Origin: Batkoa obscura
Lineage: Eukaryota
Direction of reading: 5' to 3'
NCBI GenBank assembly: GCA_030770535.1
Contig: JASVEC010000112.1
Span: forward strand, 1 to 50,158
Length of the DNA: 50,158 nt
Shown: positions 15,308 through 26,442 of the stretch, one piece after another
Layout of the letters: each line of letters opens with the position of its first letter
Position numbering within the stretch: the first letter of the stretch is position 1
The notes under the pieces: generated by a model
Told to the model about the DNA's origin: nothing
Databases searched by the model: none
Seen by the model: only the letters and a program-made list of their open reading frames with translations
Program-made: the position numbers and the translations under genes

Positions 15308-15808
15308 TGGATAAAGTACAAGTAAGCATTTTAAATTAATTTATTTTGGTGTTTTGACAAAAAGTAAACTTAATTGCAAAAATTGAAATCATTTTTGAGC
15401 TGAGTTGCTTAATTCAAAATTTAAAGTTTGACATATTGATTTAGGGAACTGATAAAATCATGATACTTCTTGAATTCAATTATTTAATCTGCTGAATCAA
15501 GTTGCTTAATTTGAATTGGATTAATACATTACTTGTTCTTAGTTGAGCCTATTTAGTTTTGACGGAGTTTAATTTTTTTTAAGATCCTTCACTTATTATT
15601 TCACTCAAATAGTACTTGAAAAATGAAAAAAGTAATAAAACTAAAAAACTAACTTAATTTGTTTAATATTTAACATGAGAGTTTTATTTTTTTTGTGGTT
15701 TTAATAATTGATATTAGATAAATTATCAGAATTATATAAAAAAGCAAACGTTTCTGTAATACCTAATACTTAATTTGCAATTTTTGCTATAAAAAAAAAC
15801 AAGATTAC

Positions 15809-15901
15809 TGTTTTTTTTGAATTCATCATTTTTTCCATCTTTGAGCACTATTTGAATGGAAAAATTGTTAGCGAAATTCTTAAACATAAAAATACATCCC
15901 C
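15809..15901 (+). mobile_element. MITE copy, left end degenerate
   Basis: gagcactatttgaatggaaaaattgttagcgaaattcttaaacataaaaatacatcccc. Confidence 0.8.
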
Positions 15902-16109
15902 ATTAAATAAAATTCAAATTAAGTTTTTAAACTTATATAGCATTGCTTTACTAGCTTTATAATTAACCATAATATAATAATCATTTAAATTGTTTATAAA
16001 ATTAATTGTAGTTTTATGATTAATTTAATTATAATTTATATAATAAATTTGACTAGTTTCAGATAAATTTATTATTGAAAGTTATTATATTTTTAAACAA
16101 AATAAATAT

Positions 16110-16204
16110 GAGGATGTTTTTTTTGATTTTATTACTTTTTCTATTTTTTAAGTACTATTTAAATGGAAAGGTTATTAGTAAAATTCTTAAAGAAATAGAT
16201 CCGC
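16110..16204 (+). mobile_element. MITE copy, TSD ATAT
   Basis: ATAT|gaggatgttttttttg...aaattcttaaagaaatagatccgc|ATAT. Confidence 0.85.
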
Positions 16205-16281
16205 ATATTATTAATTATAAATATATTAAACATTTTTAGTTGGATCTTTTAATATAAATAAAGATTTTAATAAATACATAT

Positions 16282-17055
16282 AGGGATGTCCGAATTTCAT
16301 TTTTTTATTCAATTTTCAAATATTTTACATCTTAAAAACTTTACTTGAAATTCTATAAAAATAAATTCCTTATTAAAAATCGAAAGTATCCGATACAGTT
16401 TTAACTTATGTTGTTACAATTTAGCGGAATTTTTATTGAACTTAATAGAAATTCCTGGATTAGTGAAGCTTTTACTAATGTAGCCTATATATTGATATTA
16501 ATTAAAGTTGTAGTATGTAAATAAATACATATAAAACTTTATTAAGAAAATTTTATTATTGACTGCTTTATAACTAACATTGCAAATTTACCATCAAATA
16601 AATAAATAACTTTAATGTTATAATTATAGTATTAATATATTACTAAGTTAATATATAGTTGAATGGGAGGGAGTAATTAGCCCCAAAACTGTAAGTAATC
16701 ATCATTATGTAATATAAACAATATAACAATGGTTTTTATTTATCAATTTAATTAGTAATAACTTAAGTAATATCAACATTTAGTAATTTATTTTTATTAT
16801 TTAGTAAAATACTTACTCACTTAACAAATATTAAAAATACTTTTAATATCTTATATTTTTGATTTTTATATCTTGAAAAAATTATATTTATTTTATTACT
16901 ACTAGTAATTAAATTGTTAATTTTATTCATTTGTAAATAAAAATTTCAAATTTTAAAATTAACCGATTAATATTTCCTATTTTAATACTTTAAAACTATT
17001 TTTCCACTGTAAAATGTTTTCAAAATGCCTATTAATTACACTTTTGTTATAAAAT
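16282..17055. mobile_element. Large TIR element, copy B (left end plus core)
   Basis: Starts ATAT|AGGGATGTCC; 16282-16420 matches 39848-39999; 16421-16975 is ~98% identical to 4076-4630. Confidence 0.7.
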
Positions 17056-17214
17056 GACTAAAATAAGTATTAAGTTAAAAAATATTAACTTTGAGGTTTC
17101 TAAATTTAAAGTAAAAACAACTTGATTAATAATTAATTAAGTAAATTCAAAAGTAAAGTTTGTTTTATTTAAGTTATAATAAAAAATCTAATTTTATAAT
17201 AAGTTTCTTTTAAC

Positions 17215-18081
17215 TGTGAAACATCGCTCTGTCAGCCCCATGGTTGATTATAGCACAATAGCCATTTAAGTTGTCGTGTTCTCAGGTTCGGAGACAATCA
17301 ATCCCACGTTCTTAGTTTGATTTTGTATGAGAATTTCTAGCTTCATCCCGAAGAATGTTGTTTTCTCATTTTGATATTTGTACTTGTCAGAGCATAAAAA
17401 AAATCTTGGAGTATAGTAGCTTGAGGCTTTTTAACTGAATTATTCCTTGATATCTCATACATTTAATAAAGCCATTAGATTTTCTTAATAGTATTTTACG
17501 TAGGTTTTACGTTACTATTGTCTATTCTATTTGTCTTACATAGTCCATATGTGAAATATCGCTTTGTCAGTCCCATGGTTAATTATTTTGATTTGTTATG
17601 AGAATTTCTAGTTCCACCCAAAAGAATATTATCTTCTCATTTTGATACTTATACTTTTCAGAGTATAAAAGAGTTTACAGAGTATAATAGTTCGAGGCTT
17701 TTTAACTGAATTAATCCCTGATATCTCGAACATTTAATAAAGCCACTAAGTTTTCTTAATAGTATTTTACATAGATTTTACATTAGTATTGTCTATTCTA
17801 TTTGTCTTATATAGCTTGTAACCTATTACGTGCTATTCCTCATAACCCAAGTCTATCTTAGTCACATAAACTAAGACCTTTCGACTTACAGTGTAGTCAA
17901 CCCAGCAATAGCTGTCCTTGACTCCAAACCCTGAGTACCAGATTTCACACATAGCCTACTATATGTTATTCTTCATAATTCAAGTCTACCTTAATCACAC
18001 AAACTAGAACCTTTCAACTTACAGCTAATCAACTAGGCAATAAGTGTTTTTGACTTCAATCATTAAGTACCAGATTTCACA
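17215..18081 (+). mobile_element. Solo-LTR-like element (TGTGAAA...TTTCACA), outer copy
   Basis: TG...CA termini with a short inverted repeat, internal AATAAA, flanks TAAC/TAAT; homologous to 40597-41163. Confidence 0.8.
17550..17949 (+). mobile_element. Solo-LTR-like element of the same family nested in the outer copy, TSD CATA
   Basis: CATA|TGTGAAATATC...GATTTCACA|CATA; the uninterrupted site catagtc-cata-gcctact is at 40921-40938; TATA-like gtataaaag and AATAAA inside. Confidence 0.85.
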
Positions 18082-18962
18082 TAATACAAATAAATTAGCT
18101 TTTTATTAATTTCATAATTTTTATTAAATTTAATAATTTGCTTTTTCTTAATTATTTTATAACATTAATTTTTCTTTTAAGTTTAAATTTATTTCAAAAA
18201 ATTCTTTATTGAAAAATAAACATTTATGTTTTATTAAAAATATTATTTTGGCTTTATAATAATAATTTTTCAAAATAATTTTAATCTAGCATCACCCTCA
18301 GCAATTATTTACATTTAAGCTTAGAACTATAATTTTGTTTCAACTTTAGTCCACATAAATTAATTAAAATAGTAAACCAAAAAATGACTTTTTACTTTAA
18401 ATATTAAAAAAATCTAAATTAATTTGTAAAAATAATAATAACATGCTTTAATTAGACCATCCATTAGATATAATTTAGTTACCTTTTATACTTCAATAAA
18501 CTTTTCAATAGGCTATCTGTGCTATATATGCTTCTTTAGCAAAAGATAACTTTTGATCACTAACTTTATCAAAAGAAATCTAATTTATTTGAAGTTATTT
18601 TAATATTCTACTAATATTTTTACTTTATGTGGCATAAAAAATAAACAAATAAATGGCTCAGTAAAATTATTATATTTATTAAAATAGTATAAATGTAAGT
18701 ATAAAAGCTTTTATAAGAGCTGAATTTCAAAGTGATACTCATTTTACGATACCTATTTATACATGAATTAATTTTAATATTTTAAAATATTTAGTTATAT
18801 TATTATTTTTAATCATTTTTAAGCTATTTTTAAAGAATACGTAAAATTGTTCCTGATTTAAAATAATTGAGAAATAATAACTTAATTTTAAATTAAGAGT
18901 CAACTTTTGATTTAAAAACAATAAATTGCTAATAAATTTGAACAGACTTCTTCTTTATCACT

Positions 18963-21787
18963 ATGGAATACCAAAACAATTTTTGGCCCTTAAACAATAA
19001 TTTTAGTTTAATCGTTAAACGTTTAGATCAACGTATTTCACAAAGTTATAATGAAAATTCACAAATCTTACAATTCTTACAAAATCGAAAAGCAATTGAA
19101 GATTTATATTCCGTTAGTTTAGTGGATCTCGCTGGTATAAAAAAATCCGCTCATCCAAATTCTTCCCTCGTTATCGATAATGAAGAAGGTGCTAGCTTAC
19201 CACTTGCATTTGATGCGTTAAAAGAGAGTTATATTAAAAAAGGACAACAACACTATGAGCTTTCAAGTAATTTACAGAATTTAGTCATCAATCCATTAGA
19301 ACGCGTATTTTTAGAATATAAACAAGCGGTTATAAGTTACAAAAAACCAATACTGGAGAAAATTAATGAATTAGAAGAGTGCTTAAATCGAGTATCTTTA
19401 GCCAAAAAACAATATTTTGAAAAATGTAGTATAGCTGATGAATTAGAAGAACAAGCTATATTAAAAGCCAATTTAGAAGAAGAAGAAAATAAAGAAATTC
19501 CTAAAAAAGGACAAGTTTATTTATTGGGAGCGTTGACGTTAAATGAAAAAGAAATGCAAAATTTCTTAATTAAAATACAAACCGAAGTCAATATTAGCTT
19601 AGAAAGTAAATCAAAGTTCTTAGGCTTTTTTCGTGGATTAATTACAGGTGATGATATTACTAAATGGTTATTAATGGAGTTTAAGAATGTGTTATTAACT
19701 CCTAATGATGCTGTAAATGTTGGCCAAGCTTTAATTGATTTGGGGTATTTAAGATTAATTGGGCCAGGGAATAAGTTTCATGCTAGCAATACAACATTCT
19801 ATCAATGGAAAAAGAAAGCTACTGAAGTCGAAGATTTATTAAATGACCAAAATTTACATAATGATGCTAGAGTAATTGCTACTGAGGCTGATATCTTTTA
19901 TAAGGAATTATGTTTTAAAACTGATAAATTAAGACTTCAAGTAGAACAATTAATGGTACTTTTTCTATTTTATTTCTTATAAGTTATGTTTAATACTGTA
20001 CTTTTATAGTATAAATTTTTAAATTTATTAGAAAAAAATGAAGAATCAAGAATTGAATCGATTAAAGCAGGTAAACTTATAATCCATCCTTTCATAGCAA
20101 TAATATTAAATTAAGCTTCTATTTTTAGCTTTTGTTAGTTTAGCCAGTATTGAAACAAACAATGAAAATAATTTTAGTTCAATAGCAAATGAATTATTTT
20201 TACATCTAGAAACATTAAAGCCTAAACAAGATATTTTGTTAGTAGTAGAATCTTATCGTACCGGTCCTTTTCAACCATGTCCTATTTTATATGTTAATTA
20301 TTATTATGGGGAAGGAATTGGTAAATTTGTTTTATTATTAGTTTCTATTACAAAAATATTTATAAAACAATTTTTTAGATCAAAATTTCGGTGTTAATTT
20401 AGATATTCAAGCAAAAGTTAGTAGATCTACTATACCAGCTACATTTTCATTGTTAATGGATGCTATTATAGAAGGTAAATGATATTCTATTGTAATTATA
20501 ATCATTATTGATTTAACAATACCTATTTTTTGTAGAGTTCAAAACTAAAGATAATGAAGGTAAAATATTATATGATTTAATATACTATTTAGTGTAATTT
20601 ATACTTTTATTTAGAATGTTTAAAATTTTGGTGTTCAAATGTACCATTAAAACAAATTCATAAATTAAGAAATAAATTAAATAAAGGTAAATAATAGATA
20701 ATAATAAAATAAATATATTGATAATAAATAACATTAATAATATAGGAAAAATAAGTCCATCAAGTTTACCTAAATTAAATATTGAACTGTTAATATCCAC
20801 TTTAAAGTTATATTTATTAGAATTAGCTGATTCTTTAATATCAATGAATTATTATGATAAATTAAAACAGATTTATTTAATTAGTAAGTTATAGTACTAT
20901 TATTATAATATAAATTATCGTTATTATTATATAACTTATTAATTATTCATTAGATGATAATGACTTAAGATTAAATGAATTAAGTATAATAATTAATGAA
21001 TTGTCAATACCAAATTATTTAATATTAAAAAGTCTAATCAATCAATTAAAAAAGTAAATTAAATCATATATAGTAATAACATTGTACTAACATGATATTT
21101 TTATCACTTTATAGTATAGTTAACGAATCTTTTATCAATAACATTAAATACCAAAGTTTATTTCAAAGTATAATACCTTGTATATTACGACCACCACCAG
21201 CTTTAAGAATGCAATATTATTATCAACGATATCCCTTAAAATTAATCAAAGATTTGATATTAAATTTTAATTTAATATTTGAAAAACAAATGAATCCCAA
21301 GTCATTATTACCTTATTTAGAACCCCAAAATTTACCTGAACAAGAATTAATTGATTTTACACAAGATAGGATGATAATGAGTGAGGAAGTTCAAAGTGGG
21401 GAAATGATCGAATTGAATAATATTAGATTTGATAATGAAGAGGAGAATGAAGAGGAATTTATCATGCATCATCCTATTAAAGCAAATAATGAAAATGATA
21501 AAGAAGAAGAAAAGAATAATAACAATAACTCAGAGGTAAAAAAAGAAAAAAGTGAGGATAAAAAAGAAATTCAAGAAGAAAAGACTATGAATAAAATAAA
21601 AGAAGAAAGTAATAAGAGTAATAATAAAGATAAAAAGGAGGAAGAGAAATTAAATATAAATAATATGGAATTAAAAGAAGAAGATTATTTGGATTTAGAT
21701 TTAGTAGATTTTGATAATACTAATAATAATTCTAATGATGATACTGGTATTATTGATTTAAATGATCCTTTTATTGATATTGAATAA
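18963..21787 (+). CDS. F-BAR + DEP + RhoGAP-fold protein (Rga9/Rgd3-like), 9 exons
   Basis: MEYQNNFW F-BAR start; DEP (ITGDDITKWL...VGQALIDLGYLRLIG.GNKF...YQW); YRTGPFQP...DQNFGVNL; FWCSNVPLKQIHKLR; LKLYLLELADSLI; PCILRP. Includes a 24-nt micro-exon at 20536-20559. Confidence 0.85.
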
Positions 21788-21893
21788 TTATTAACTTAAT
21801 TAAATAAAATAATTATTATTATTACTATATTATTATGTTATTACTATTATTATATCATATTGTACATCAATAAAATTAATTTATTATAAAAAC

Positions 21894-22893
21894 TTAATTC
21901 TCAAAAGTAGCTAAAAACTCATTGTATCTTTCTTTAGCTTCTTTTTCAAATATACTGGATGTAAAATCCGATAATTCACCTACTTGTTTAGCTAATATGT
22001 TTTTTAATGAATAATAGTTATTATTTAACTTATAAAAATAACGATAAAAAACCTACCTGGAGAACCGGAAATAATTGAAAAGGAAGAAATAACGGCATCA
22101 GGTGGTATAACTGTATCATCTAATATTTTAACGCAATTTTTTATAATACTATTTCTACCCTAAACAAATCAAATTAAAATTAATACGAAAAATAATCAAG
22201 CAAATAATCTTTGGTATAATATTTGATGGAATTAAAAGGAAGGATAGTACTTACAATAACACAATTTTTACCAATATTAACATTGTTGCCAATTGAAATA
22301 GCATTAACTATGCTATTTTCACCAATATAAACAAAATCTCCTATTTTTATTGGGGAATAGATAAACTCCCTAAATAAAGATACAATAAATCCTCAGTCCA
22401 TTTAAGCTCGCTCTGTTCACTCCATCTCTTAAAAAATTGTTTGGATTTTATATTTAAATTATTCTTATGAATCTTTCTAATTAATCTAAAAATTAATTTG
22501 ATTTAAGTTACCTTTTATAAAACTTAAATGGTGGACGTATAGTTACATTTTTTTCAAAAAAAGTAGATCTTCCTAAGAATAAAGTAGTTAAACTACCTCG
22601 ACATAAGATATCGGCCCGGATAGTTACCCCTTCTAAAAAAATATTCTATTGATTGATTAGTTATTAATTGAAAATATTTCATTTCATTTTATTTTATTTT
22701 ATCAAAAGAAAATGGAACTTACTTTTCCTGTTGAATTAATAGTATTCGGACTTAATACATACGATCTTTTATGCAAAAACACACCCGTTTCCTAAATAAA
22801 ATCGAATTCTGAATTTCAATTTAGCTAGTCGACATTATTATTAATTACAGTTATCCTATAGTCTTCTTTTTTTCGGGAAATCTTATTACTCAT
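21894..22893 (-). CDS. DCTN5: Dynactin subunit 5 (p25), left-handed beta-helix
   Basis: ETG..., [65 protein letters not shown]. Confidence 0.9.
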
Positions 22894-23079
22894 TTTTTAT
22901 ATTAAATTCAATTTCTAAAAAAACGTAATTTTGATTTTTGAAATTTTAGATTTATTTTCATTCTTTTTGATGTCATATACTTTATTTTTTTTAGAATTTT
23001 AAATTCAAATTTCAAATTTCAAATTTTAAAACTTTTCATTTGATTTATTTTTAATAAAAATAGAAAACTCCAATAAACA

Positions 23080-23370
23080 ATGCCCACCTGTGAAGATATC
23101 CGTGAGGAATTAATTGAATGTATGCAAAAGAGTGAATGCATGGATAAATTTGGTTATCCAATTCAAAAATGTTTTGAAAAAGAAAACGCTCATCTGATTG
23201 ATGAAGAATGTTTAGCTATTCGTAAAGCTTATACCGAATGTAAAAGGTCTTTGGTAAGTTTGATCATTTATTATTAAGTAGATTTTAGAAATTAAAGAAT
23301 TAATACTTTTTATGATATTTAGTTAAATATGAGATATCGTTTCCGAGGTCCAAAAACTAGTCATACTTAA
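23080..23370 (+). CDS. PET191: Cytochrome c oxidase assembly factor Pet191/COA5, 2 exons
   Basis: CEDIREELIECMQKSEC...C...EECLAIRKAYTECKRSL|LNMRYRFRGPK; intron 23254-23322. Confidence 0.92.
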
Positions 23371-23599
23371 ATTATTTGAAATTAAAAATAGATCCGATTT
23401 ATTAAATCCTCCTATGAAATTTTTGATTTTTAAACTACAAAAGTTATTAGCTTCTGGGAGTAAGTTTGCAATAATGATATTAATATGATTGTTTTTATGA
23501 TATAGCATAGTAACTTGTTTCTTTATAAAAATTATTTTTTTATTTTTATTCTTATTTTTATTTAGTATTTATACAAAAAAAACACAAAAAACTATAATT

Positions 23600-25033
23600 C
23601 AGCAGCAGGATTGGCCAATTTCAAGAGCAGACATGCTTAAAGCCCAAGCTAAGCATTCAAAAATAATACTAATTATAAAAACAACGACAAGATGGATTTA
23701 CAAACAATCTAGATTAGATGGACAGCCAATCGTAAGTTTATTGATTTAACAGATAGGGTTATTTATATTTATAAATAGTAAATTACTAGACCAGGCCCAA
23801 AGGTAAACTTTTATTTTAAAGACATAAAACTACCTTTGGAGAAAAGCAAGCTTCATTTTAAAATAATAAAATTACTTCTGAAGCCCAGTATATAAGGAAT
23901 TATTTCATATTTTAGCCCTAAGTTGTACAGGGTTAATTAAAGGTTTACACAAGGAGGGACTTCTCATTAATATCATTAACAATAAAAGAAGCCTCCCTTT
24001 ACAGTTTATCCTATTTGATGCCAAGTGCCTCTAATCTGACTGCAACTCTTTCAATAACAATTTATAACTGTATTTTATGTGGTACAATAGGGAACATAAT
24101 ACATACTTAAACCCCAGAAACGATTTACTCCTATGGAAACAGGGAGAAATAACTTCAGTAATTAAGGACAAAAAAGTTGATAGTAATCAAGCAGTCATAA
24201 TGTTAACAAAAAAGCTAGTATTTGGCTTAAAATTGTATATATAACTTATATTTTAAAAAAGAAGTTTAAAAACGCCCACTTCCACCACATTCTTGCTTTA
24301 AATTGAACCTTATCATTCATACCATAATCAATATAAGCTATAAAATTTGATATAATTATTACAAGCTAAGTGATTAATAATAATACTGGAGTCTATCTTT
24401 ATATCCTTTCTGCAGATTTATATTGTATGAATTATGGATTTGAAAACCTAAGCTAAAGTACGGATAGGTAACATAATGTATTCATCAGACAATCATCAGT
24501 CCAGCGTTCTCATGTTAACCGCCATAACACTCTCCTGAATTCATAAAATTCTGGCTAGCTTTGCCCTTACAGAATACAATAGCTTAAATTTTTCAAACAC
24601 ATTTTATCAATTAAACTGAGTAGTTAAAATTAGATTAAAATCTAATGATAGTTTAATTTACATTATATAATACAATTAAACAAAGAAACCACATCTCAAT
24701 TCCTTTCTAAATCTTCTCAACTAGCTCAAGTTCATATATCCAACCGGAAAATAACAATCAACTCTTATTGCTTCCACAAAGTTGCCTATGCACCAGACAA
24801 ATTTACCAGAGTAAGGAGATTGAAAGTCAGGAATTAAGTCGATACTAAAAACTAAATAATATCGTTATCATCTTATGCCTTAACGCACTTACAGAATTGA
24901 TTTCCTTTAACCAAAAGTTAGGGTTTACTGAAGGATTTGAGATCTTGTAATATGTGATATTTCGTATAAATTGTTAAATGATTAAACAATAAAGTTGATT
25001 TCTTAGAGTTGAAAAAATTGAATTTGGGTTCAT
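23600..25033 (-). pseudogene. Heavily decayed intron-containing gene, possibly cytochrome P450
   Basis: ATG at 25033 and a GT-AG intron at ~24845-24892. Fragments LIPDFQSPYSGKFVWCIGNFVEAI (cf. P450 IPGP...GN), KLARIL*IQESVMAVN, YWASE, FTFGPG occur in P450-like order. Many stops; no intact heme Cys motif seen. Confidence 0.3.
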
Positions 25034-25680
25034 TTTAGTTTTTTTTGATCACCATAGTAATTGATTCTTAGTTTGCAAAAAATCTTTTGCAGATATTTAG
25101 GTGATTTAATTTATCAATATTTGTTTAGCAATCAATTGAGCTATAATTTGCAGCCATTTTTATGATAATACAAAAGGGTAGTCTAATAAGTTAGCTATTT
25201 AAAGATAAGCTAGATCCAATTTATTAGTGACCCAGTTGATTGTTATCTCAATATGATAGCAATTATTTTAAGCATTTAAATACGCTAACAAAGTTTAGTT
25301 TTGATAATTATATAGAATAATGAAATTCCCTTTATGCCAATTTTTTTGATCGCTTGTTATTGAACATAAAATGTGAAAATATCTTTTATAAATGATATTA
25401 TAGTAAAAAGCAATTGTATTTACTTTATAATATTAAATTGAATGATACTAGTATTTAAATTTTCAACAATTTATTATTATTCTACTTATACCTTTTATTT
25501 ATTTGATTATATTACACTAAGTTTCTAAAATTAAGGAAATTGAGATAATAAAAAGTTAAACACTGATTAAATTTTTTATGAGTTAAATTTCTAAATTTTC
25601 AAAACTGGAAATCCACTTCCAATTTTTAGTTAACTAAAAAAGCTTCATTTTCATTTTCAATAAATAAAAAGTAAAATACC

Positions 25681-26298
25681 ATGTCTTCACTTCAAGTATT
25701 AGTCTTAATTTCTGGTAGTGGAAGTAACTTACAAGCGTTAATTGATAAAATCATTATCAATCAAGAACTTCCTTCCACTTCAATCTGTGGTGTGATTTCT
25801 AATCGTAGTAATGCCTATGGTTTACAAAGAGCAAACAGTCATAATATTCCAACTTCAGTATTAACTTTAAAATCGTATAAAGATCAAAATCTTACCAGAG
25901 TAGATTATGACTTAGCTTTAGCTGACTTGGTCCTTTCTTATAAACCAAATATTATTGTGTTAGCTGGCTTTATGCACATTTTGTCTGCTGAGTTTCTAAC
26001 TAAATTACCATCCAGCTTACCTATTATTAACCTTCATCCTGCTTTACCAGGACAGTTTGATGGAGCTAAAGCAATCGAAAGAGCTTATAAAGCTTTTCAA
26101 AATGGAGAGATTGAGTATACTGGTGTTATGGTTCATCGAGTTATTAAAGAAGTGGATCAAGGGGAACCTATTGTCATGGAAAAAGTGAAGATTTTACCAG
26201 AGGATACATTGAGTGATTTAGAAACTAGAATTCATTTAGTGGAACATGAATTATTGTTTAAAGGATTATGTAAAGTAGTAGAGGAATTAAAACAATAA
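25681..26298 (+). CDS. ADE8: Phosphoribosylglycinamide formyltransferase (intronless)
   Basis: VLISGSGSNLQALID, VLAGFMHIL, INLHPALPG, TGVMVHRVIKEVDQG. Confidence 0.97.
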   Translation: MSSLQVLVLISGSGSNLQALIDKIIINQELPSTSICGVISNRSNAYGLQRANSHNIPTSVLTLKSYKDQNLTRVDYDLALADLVLSYKPNIIVLAGFMHILSAEFLTKLPSSLPIINLHPALPGQFDGAKAIERAYKAFQNGEIEYTGVMVHRVIKEVDQGEPIVMEKVKILPEDTLSDLETRIHLVEHELLFKGLCKVVEELKQ

Positions 26299-26442
26299 AC
26301 AACACTTTGTCATTAATATCATTAAAATTAAATAAAAATAGAAAATTCAATCAAGATAGTAATATGTTAAAAGAATTCAAAAAAATCAAATATGTTTCCT
26401 TTTTTTATTGCATTTTATATTTTATATTTTTTTATACAAAAT

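Noticed and set aside
22371..22511. Box C/D snoRNA in a longer DCTN5 intron (CTGA plus terminal stem)
   Set aside because: No recognisable C box at the required position.
25681..26298. Intronless ADE8 as a bacterial purN transfer
   Set aside because: It has fungal-type signatures (HPALPGQFDGAKAIERAY) and host-like composition.
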